From the NCBI GenBank assembly GCA_965261395.1, contig OZ253462.1, positions 800,001 to 864,000 on the forward strand: a DNA stretch of 64,000 nucleotides, given 5' to 3'. The notes under the pieces were generated by a model. The model was not told where the DNA came from. It ran no database searches and saw nothing but the letters and a program-made list of their open reading frames with translations. The translations under genes were made by a program, and so were the position numbers. Positions 57,335 to 64,000 of the stretch are shown piece after piece (position 1 is the stretch's first letter; each line of letters opens with the position of its first letter). The stretch comes from Candidatus Latescibacterota bacterium. GTDB lineage: Bacteria > Latescibacterota > UBA2968 > UBA8231.

Positions 57335-58459
57335 ATGATTCGTACCGCACAGGCACTCGCCGAACTCGTCGAGCGCGCCCTAGACTGCGAGCGCGTTGCC
57401 CTAGACACTGAATTTGTTTGGAACCGCACCTATTATCCCAAGTTGGGCGTGATCCAATTGGCCCTCGCCGGCGACGATTACCACCTGATCGACCCGGTCG
57501 CGATTGCAGATCTCTCTCCCCTTGGTACCCTGTTAGAGCACGCGGGGGTTGAGCTGATCCTCCACGATGCCCAACAGGACCTGGCTATTCTGCGCCGGGT
57601 CACGGGTGCTTTCCCGCGCAACGTCTTCGATACCCGCTGCGCAGCCGGGCTTGCCAATATGAGTTCTACCTCTTCGCTGGTCGAACTCTTGGGGCAGACC
57701 CTCGGCGTGGTCCTCGATAAGACCGAGACGCTCACCAATTGGGTCCGCCGCCCGCTCTCCGACGATCAGCTAGCGTACGCCATTGAGGATGTGCGCTATC
57801 TGCACGAGGTGAGTGATGTGTTGCGGGCGCGCGTCGAGGAAATTGGTCGCAGCACTTGGCTGACAGAGGAGATGACCGCGTACGACGAGCCGCGGCTATA
57901 CGAGGTGCGAGACCCACGCGAGCAATTCACCCGGATCAAGGGAGCGGGCCGAGCTTCCCCGCGCGAACTGGCCATTCTCCGCGAATTGGCCGCTTGGCGC
58001 GAAGAGGAAGCCCAGCGATGCGATCGACCGCGCAATCACGTGCTGACGGACGAAACTCTCGTGTTACTAGCTCGGCGCAAGCCTCAGTCGCTGGAGGAAC
58101 TGGGTCGGCTCCGCGCACTCGGCAATCACCGCTATGACCGCTGCGTCCTCGATCAGATTCACCGCGGCTTGGCCGTCCCCGACGAGGAGTGCCCTCCCCG
58201 GTCGCGCCGGCCGAGCCTCGACAAGGAGGTCGTCGAACGCAAACTCGCCCAGTCCATGGATTACTTGCGCCGCCAAAGCAACGCGGCGCAGATTGACGCG
58301 CCTTTTGTCGCGGCCCGCGCCGAAGTACGCAACCTAGTCATCGACGCGGTTTCTGCCACGCCCGAGGATCATCGCCTCCTGCGCGGGTGGCGGCGCGATT
58401 TTATTGGCGAAACCCTCTACGGCATCGCTACTTGCCCCGGGCAGTCCGGCCACACTTGA
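57335..58459 (+). CDS. rnd: Ribonuclease D
   Basis: ALDTEF...TYYP.L..IQ, H...QD, FDT and YAIEDV motifs; HRDC domain. Confidence 0.92.
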   Translation: MIRTAQALAELVERALDCERVALDTEFVWNRTYYPKLGVIQLALAGDDYHLIDPVAIADLSPLGTLLEHAGVELILHDAQQDLAILRRVTGAFPRNVFDTRCAAGLANMSSTSSLVELLGQTLGVVLDKTETLTNWVRRPLSDDQLAYAIEDVRYLHEVSDVLRARVEEIGRSTWLTEEMTAYDEPRLYEVRDPREQFTRIKGAGRASPRELAILRELAAWREEEAQRCDRPRNHVLTDETLVLLARRKPQSLEELGRLRALGNHRYDRCVLDQIHRGLAVPDEECPPRSRRPSLDKEVVERKLAQSMDYLRRQSNAAQIDAPFVAARAEVRNLVIDAVSATPEDHRLLRGWRRDFIGETLYGIATCPGQSGHT

Positions 58460-58563
58460 TGTGGCCGCGTGAGGCACAACACAGTCAGCAATTGGGCATG
58501 GACCGTCCACCTAGCACAACCCTCAAGGTCAATGACGGCCGCTCTTAGATAGGCAGACAACAG

Positions 58564-59814
58564 ATGCTCAACGTACTGCGCCGCCAATTTTTCGAATGGG
58601 GCCTCGGCAAGGACCTCGGCGAAGATCTCGCCGCGCTGGTCGCCTTGGCTTTAGTGGCCTTCGTCGCCGTGCTCGTCCATCGCTTAGCCAAGGGGCCTCT
58701 ACTCCGCGGCCTCACCGCCATCATTCGTCGCACCGATATCCCCTATGACGATGCCCTAATCGAGTGCCGGGTCCTGCACCGGCTGGCCCATATAGTGCCC
58801 GGCCTCATCTTCTACCACCTAGGGCCGCTGGCCTTAGAAGGCCACCCCGTTTCCGTCAATATCATCCAGACCGCGGCGCATATTTATCTGGTGCTCTCCG
58901 GCTTACTAGCCATTGAGGCGTTGATCAGCGCGGGCGTCCGCATCTACAACGGCACTAAGACCTCGCACGAAGTCTCCATTAAGGGACTGGTGCAGTTTCT
59001 CAAGATCATCCTCTTTTTGCTCGGCAGCGTCCTCGTCGTCTCAATCCTAATCGGCCAATCGCCGCTCTACTTGCTCGGTGGCCTGACGGCGATGACCGCG
59101 GTTTTGCTTTTAGTCTTCCGCGACTCGATCCTCGGGTTAGTCGCTGGCATCCAGATCTCGGTAAATCGCATGGTTGCCTATGGCGACTGGATTGAAATGC
59201 CCCAATACGGGGCCGACGGCGACGTGATCGACATAACGCTGACGACGGTCAAGGTCCAAAATTGGGATAAGACCATCACGACCATCCCCACCTACGCGCT
59301 GATCAGCGAGTCGTTCAAAAACTGGCGCGGGATGCAGGACTCGGGCGGGCGGCGGATCAAGCGGGCGATCTACCTCGATGTCAGCACCATCGTGTTTTGC
59401 GACGAGGAAATGCTCGCGCGCTTCGCCAAAATCCAGTACATCACCGCCCACATTGAGCGCAAAAAGAAAGAGCTAGCCGAATACAACAAGCTCAACCGGG
59501 TGGACCTTTCGCATTTGGTAAATGGCCGACGCATTACCAATATCGGCACCTTCCGCGCCTATGTGCAGGCCTATCTGAAAAACCATCCGCAGATCAACCA
59601 AGAGATGACCTTTCTGATTCGTCAGCTAGCGCCGACCTCCAAGGGGCTACCCATCGAAATCTATGTCTTCTGCAAGGATATCGTCTGGGCCAACTACGAG
59701 GCGATTCAGGCCGACATTTTCGACCACATCTTTGCCATTGTGCCCGCCTTTGATCTGCGGGTTTTTCAGGAGCCGACGGGGACGGACTTTCAGGCGCTGG
59801 GGGGATCGCAGTAA
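58564..59814 (+). CDS. MscS-family mechanosensitive channel (YbdG-like)
   Basis: GDWIEMP..GADGDV, VQNWDKT, NWRGM..SGGRRIKR and TNIGTFR motifs. Confidence 0.93.
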   Translation: MLNVLRRQFFEWGLGKDLGEDLAALVALALVAFVAVLVHRLAKGPLLRGLTAIIRRTDIPYDDALIECRVLHRLAHIVPGLIFYHLGPLALEGHPVSVNIIQTAAHIYLVLSGLLAIEALISAGVRIYNGTKTSHEVSIKGLVQFLKIILFLLGSVLVVSILIGQSPLYLLGGLTAMTAVLLLVFRDSILGLVAGIQISVNRMVAYGDWIEMPQYGADGDVIDITLTTVKVQNWDKTITTIPTYALISESFKNWRGMQDSGGRRIKRAIYLDVSTIVFCDEEMLARFAKIQYITAHIERKKKELAEYNKLNRVDLSHLVNGRRITNIGTFRAYVQAYLKNHPQINQEMTFLIRQLAPTSKGLPIEIYVFCKDIVWANYEAIQADIFDHIFAIVPAFDLRVFQEPTGTDFQALGGSQ

Positions 59815-59836
59815 GATGCCCCGCCCCTCATCCCGT

Positions 59837-59864
59837 ATCTGCGCTCATCTGCGTTTATCTGCGG
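59837..59864 (+). repeat. REP-like ATCTGCG-N3 10-mer cluster
   Basis: ATCTGCGCTC ATCTGCGTTT ATCTGCGG; same motif near 19600, 32408 and 48975. Confidence 0.75.
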
Positions 59865-59884
59865 ATAAAAATAGAAGTGTCCCT

Positions 59885-60385
59885 ATGCCCACTGAAAACT
59901 TGCTCTACACCACCGTGCCCAGTTCCATCGGCGAGTTGCTCCTAGCCGGCGACCGCACCGGCTTGCGGCACATCCATTTCAAAAGCGACGACTTTACCCA
60001 GCCGCCGGATTGGCAGGCCGTGGCTGCCTTGCCCTACCCGGTCGCCGAACAGCTCGATGCTTACTTTGCAGGGCACCTGCGCGGCTTCGACCTGCCGCTC
60101 CATCCCCAAGGAACGGCGTTTCAGCGCAAAGTCTGGGCCGCACTCGCGGAGATTCCCTACGGTGAGGCGATCTCCTACTTGGAGCTAGCTCGCCGCATCG
60201 GCAACCCAAGCTCGGTCCGCGCCGTCGGCTTGGCCAACGGCAAGAACCCCCTACCGATTGTCGTGCCTTGTCACCGCGTCATTGGCAGCAACGGCGCGCT
60301 AGTCGGCTACGCCGGAGGACTGCCGATCAAAAGAGCGTTGCTCGCCCTCGAAGGTGCGCTTTCTCCTCAACTCGATCTCTTTTAA
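59885..60385 (+). CDS. ogt: Methylated-DNA--protein-cysteine methyltransferase
   Basis: GTAFQ.KVW, IPYGE, RAVG.ANG.NP and PCHRV motifs. Confidence 0.95.
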   Translation: MPTENLLYTTVPSSIGELLLAGDRTGLRHIHFKSDDFTQPPDWQAVAALPYPVAEQLDAYFAGHLRGFDLPLHPQGTAFQRKVWAALAEIPYGEAISYLELARRIGNPSSVRAVGLANGKNPLPIVVPCHRVIGSNGALVGYAGGLPIKRALLALEGALSPQLDLF

Positions 60386-60398
60386 GGTTGGAGGTCCC

Positions 60399-61502
60399 AT
60401 GTCCACTTATCGCGTTGCTATCATCGGCACGGGTCGCGTCGGCTATCAGTTCAGTTTCTCCGACCTGCCCGACAACCACGCCGCCGCTGTCGCTCAACAT
60501 CCCTCCTGCGAATTGGTCGCCGGTGTCAACCGAGGGCGCGACAAGCTCGACGCCTTCGGCGAGCGCTTCGGCGTCGAGGCACTCTACCACGACTATCGGC
60601 AAATGCTCGCCGAGGTGCAGCCCGACATCTGCATCGTCGCCACCCACCCCGAACTCCACGCCGCAATGGTCACCGACTGCGCCCAAGCCTCCTCGACCCG
60701 AGCCATCATCTGCGAAAAGCCGATGGCCCTTTCGCTGGGGGAATGCGACCAGATGATCGCGGCCTGCCAAGCAGAGGATGTGCTCTTGCAGATCAACCAC
60801 AACCGCCGCTGGCACGCCGAGTGGGGTCTCGCCAAAACGCTCCTCGACGCGGGGGCTATCGGCGAGCTCAACCACATCTATTGCTACATGGATGGGGGCA
60901 AGCCGGCACCTTGGTGGCGCAGCGAGAACGAAGGCCCCTTACTGCACGACTTCACCCACTATTTCGACCTGATGGATCTTTACGCTGGCGAAGTGGATTG
61001 GCTGTGCGGCATGGCTGAACAACGCATGCGTCCCTGGGCTGTCGAGGATTTTTCGGCCGCTATGCTCAAGTTCAAAGGGGGGGGCACTGGGCTGATCTGC
61101 GGTGCCGAGCTGACCCAGTACACCGACAACGCCTTTGAGTTGCGCGGCAGCACCGGCCTGATCCGCATGGACGCCGAGCAGGTCTGCCTCTTTCAGTCCA
61201 AGGTTTCGCTGTCCGAACCTGACAGCGGCTTTGAGTGGAGCAGCCTCGAAGAAGTCGAAGTCGAAAGGCCGGCAGCGGTCTCTACGTACGTCGCAGCACT
61301 ATCCGAGCTGATAGACGCCCTCGAAGGCCGCGGCACTTTGCGCAGCGGCGGTGCCGTGGGCCGCCGCTCGTTGGAAATGGTCATGGCCATCTACCAGTCG
61401 CAGCTAGAGGGCAACCGCCCCGTTCACTTTCCCGTCTCGCTCGCTGAGTCCGGCGTCGAGGCACTGCGTCGGGCGGGAAATTTTAAGGAGCTAGAAGTGT
61501 AA
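60399..61502 (+). CDS. Gfo/Idh/MocA oxidoreductase
   Basis: IIGTGRVG, CEKP and H..D motifs. Confidence 0.92.
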   Translation: MSTYRVAIIGTGRVGYQFSFSDLPDNHAAAVAQHPSCELVAGVNRGRDKLDAFGERFGVEALYHDYRQMLAEVQPDICIVATHPELHAAMVTDCAQASSTRAIICEKPMALSLGECDQMIAACQAEDVLLQINHNRRWHAEWGLAKTLLDAGAIGELNHIYCYMDGGKPAPWWRSENEGPLLHDFTHYFDLMDLYAGEVDWLCGMAEQRMRPWAVEDFSAAMLKFKGGGTGLICGAELTQYTDNAFELRGSTGLIRMDAEQVCLFQSKVSLSEPDSGFEWSSLEEVEVERPAAVSTYVAALSELIDALEGRGTLRSGGAVGRRSLEMVMAIYQSQLEGNRPVHFPVSLAESGVEALRRAGNFKELEV

Positions 61503-61625
61503 GGTATATTTAGACCCCATTGTTCCAAACTTTACTAACATAACTGGTCTGGCAACCAATCGGTCGAGCATCTGCAAGAGTTTGAAGCCTTTATCCTCTG
61601 CTTCGACGGATATACTTGAAATCAC

Positions 61626-62293
61626 TTGAGTCCTCTCTCGAAACAAGCACTAATTTATCATATCACGCATGTAGACAATCTGCGTTCGATTATCAATTGT
61701 AACGCACTGTGGTCTGATGCGAAATGTATACACCAGGGACTAACCTTTGCCCAAGTTGGAATGTCGGAGATCAAAGCTCGAAGACTTAATGAGCTCGAAG
61801 ACTTAATGAGCTCGAAGTGCGGTGCCACCCAGGTACAAAGGTCGGTGAGTATGTGCCGTTTTACTTTTGTTCTAGGTCGATCATGCTTTATCTACTTTTC
61901 AGGGGAAACCATCCAGATTTGACCTATACGGGAGGCCAACGAGCCATTCTTCATCTACAGGCAAATCTCCAGACAGTAGCCAACTGGGCCGATAAACAAG
62001 GGGTAAATTGGGCATTTTCTGACCGTAATGCGAGTTCTCGATATACATCTTTCTATAATGATCTAAATGATCTTGGTCGGATCGATTGGAATGCGGTAAA
62101 CGCGGCAGATTTTCGCGATTCCCAGGTGAAGGAGGGTAAACAAGCCGAGTTTCTCATGTACCAAGAATTTCCCTGGCAGCTAGTAGAAAAAATCGGCACA
62201 TACGACCAGATGGTCGCCGACCAAGTGAATCAAACACTGCAAAATTCTACCCATCGGCCAGTTGTATCTGTTGAACGCGGGTGGTATTATTGA
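61626..62293 (+). pseudogene. darT: DarT DNA ADP-ribosyltransferase toxin (DUF4433), frameshifted by a 17-bp duplication
   Basis: IYHITHVDNL in one frame; YVPFYF..RS.MLY, FSDRNA and KQAEFL in the next; removing one repeat unit joins them in frame. Confidence 0.92.
61775..61817. repeat. 17-bp tandem duplication (AGCTCGAAGACTTAATG x2 plus AGCTCGAAG)
   Basis: Read directly from the sequence. Confidence 0.95.
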
Positions 62294-62324
62294 TGAAGGT
62301 TTTGAAAGAAGGAGTTGAGAGACG

Positions 62325-63380
62325 ATGATTGAATTGACGCGAGGAGACATCACCAAACAAGATGCCGAGGCCCTCGTGAATACGGTGAATTGTGTAGGAG
62401 TGATGGGGCGGGGCATCGCCTTGCAATTCCGGAAGGCCTTCCCGGACAACTACGAAGCCTATCGGGCCGCTTGCAAACGTAAGGAAATACAACCGGGCCG
62501 CATGTTTGTGTCTGACCTAAACCGTATGATAAACCCGCGTCTGATTATCAATTTTCCCACAAAACGGCACTGGAAAGGGAAAAGTCGACTGGAGGATATA
62601 CGCGCTGGTTTAAAAGATCTCGTGGCAGTGTTGGAACACTATGAGGTTCAGTCTGTGGCTATTCCGCCGCTGGGATGTGGTCTCGGAGGGTTGAATTGGG
62701 GCGAGGTCTGTCCACTGATTAAAGAAGCACTTAGCGCCTTGCCTGACCTCCAGGTCTATCTATTTGAGCCCGAAGGTGCGCCATCTGCAGAGCGGATGGT
62801 CAACCATACAGCAGCTCCTAATATGACTGCTGGACGCGCCGCCCTCCTCGGCCTGATGTCTCGGTATTTGGCCGGCCTGATGGACGTGAGCGTCTCTCTT
62901 TTGGAAATCCACAAGCTGATGTATCTCTTACAGGAGACAGGCGAACCCCTAAAATTGCGCTACGCCAAGGCCACCTATGGACCCTATGCTGAGAATTTGC
63001 GTCATGTATTAGACGCCATTGAGGGTCATTTTATTACCGGATACGGTGCAGGCGAAGATGTACCGGATAAGCAGATCGAGTTGAAAGAAGATGCGGCGGA
63101 GCGGAGCAAAAACTACTTGAGCGATCATCCTGATACACGCGAAAGATTTGGCCGCGTATCCGAGTTGATTGCGGGATTTGAGACACCTTTCGGCATGGAA
63201 TTACTCACTACAGTGCACTGGGTCGCGGATCAGGAGGGTGCTGGAAATGCGGATGAGGCGATCAAGCGGACCTATGCATGGAACGACCGCAAGCGAATGT
63301 TTACATCCGAGCAGATCCACATTGCGTGGGAAGTATTGGCTAAACATGGGTGGTTGAACGCCGATTCATGTTCGGCTTAG
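62325..63380 (+). CDS. darG: DarG macrodomain antitoxin (DNA ADP-ribosyl glycohydrolase)
   Basis: EALVNTVNCVGVMGRGIALQF, NFPTK.HW, PPLGCGLGGL, YGPY and GFETPFGMELL motifs; adjacent to darT. Confidence 0.95.
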   Translation: MIELTRGDITKQDAEALVNTVNCVGVMGRGIALQFRKAFPDNYEAYRAACKRKEIQPGRMFVSDLNRMINPRLIINFPTKRHWKGKSRLEDIRAGLKDLVAVLEHYEVQSVAIPPLGCGLGGLNWGEVCPLIKEALSALPDLQVYLFEPEGAPSAERMVNHTAAPNMTAGRAALLGLMSRYLAGLMDVSVSLLEIHKLMYLLQETGEPLKLRYAKATYGPYAENLRHVLDAIEGHFITGYGAGEDVPDKQIELKEDAAERSKNYLSDHPDTRERFGRVSELIAGFETPFGMELLTTVHWVADQEGAGNADEAIKRTYAWNDRKRMFTSEQIHIAWEVLAKHGWLNADSCSA

Positions 63381-63715
63381 AAACCATGAAGATCTCTGTG
63401 TTGGCGGAATTGATCTTCTCACTTGGGATGCGTAGACTAGGCCCCCTGTCAGTTGGGGAGGATAATCGTTGTACGGGTAAGGGTGTGAAGGGAATGAATT
63501 AGTATGAAGACTCTATATTGATTGTAGAATGCCTCCGCGATACATCTGTACTGTTCACCATCAAAATTCTTCAGCGTAATTTCTCGTGGACCTGGCCTTT
63601 GTTGATATCGCGTTTCTAAGTCTAAATTCTTGGATTTATAGCGCCCTTTTACCTCTACTTACAATCATTACGGGTCCTAGTGTAGACCACCAGACCTTAC
63701 ACACGGAGACCTGAC

Positions 63716-64000
63716 ATGGCCAAAGCCAAAACGCGACCGAAAAACAAAAGCCGCGCTCGCAAAAAACTCCGCGTCGCCATCATCGGCGCTGGCGGCCGCG
63801 CCCTAATGGCCCACTACCCCTCACTGCGCGACATCCCCGAGGCCGAACTAGTCGCCGTCGCCGAGCTCGACGAACAGCGCCTGCACAAAACCTGTGACCT
63901 CTACGACATCAAAGGCCGCTACAGCGACTACCGCCAAATGCTCGAGCGCGAAAAACCCGACGCGGTCTACGCCATCATGCCGCCGCACCACCTTTTCGAC
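63716..64000 (+). CDS. Gfo/Idh/MocA oxidoreductase, partial at the window end
   Basis: Own translation: RVAIIGAGGRA...YSDYRQMLEREKPDAVYAIMPPHH; GGAG ribosome-binding site. Confidence 0.88.
   Translation, partial: MAKAKTRPKNKSRARKKLRVAIIGAGGRALMAHYPSLRDIPEAELVAVAELDEQRLHKTCDLYDIKGRYSDYRQMLEREKPDAVYAIMPPHHLFD

Noticed and set aside
63381-63715. Additional defence gene or boundary repeat after darG
   Set aside because: AT-rich DNA with no credible ORF, and no repeat matching the left flank of darTG was seen.

Overview
GC-rich bacterial chromosomal segment, mostly catabolic genes. It holds about ten intact PhyH-like Fe(II)/2-oxoglutarate dioxygenases plus decayed copies, three HpcH-type aldolases, three enolase-superfamily enzymes, IlvD/Edd and UxuA-like dehydratases, two sulfatases, a PQQ dehydrogenase, several transporters, hemJ, rnd, mscS and ogt. 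A PorV-like barrel, an FlgD/T9SS-type C-terminal domain, a 'SWGKIK' C-terminal tag, a plant-type LRR lipoprotein and the dioxygenase/sulfatase expansion suggest an FCB-related candidate-phylum bacterium such as Latescibacterota, possibly host-associated; this is inference only. Mobile DNA comprises an IS30 (partial), a complete IS982 plus an orphan IS982 left end, a MITE and REP-like repeats. Main observations: (1) a lower-GC array at 12.6-14.6 kb in which four small co-oriented ORFs are each followed by a 21-bp IS1-like terminal motif, including a perfect head-to-head junction with an 8-bp spacer, with no transposase or integrase nearby; (2) four gene blocks bracketed by diverged direct repeats of the end of a neighbouring gene; (3) all three toxin-antitoxin modules have a broken toxin and an intact antitoxin, with darT disrupted by a potentially revertible 17-bp duplication; (4) dioxygenases with non-canonical iron ligands (HxG, HxN, HxH); (5) an apparent CCWGG-erosion mutational signature. 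No rRNA, tRNA or CRISPR array was seen.
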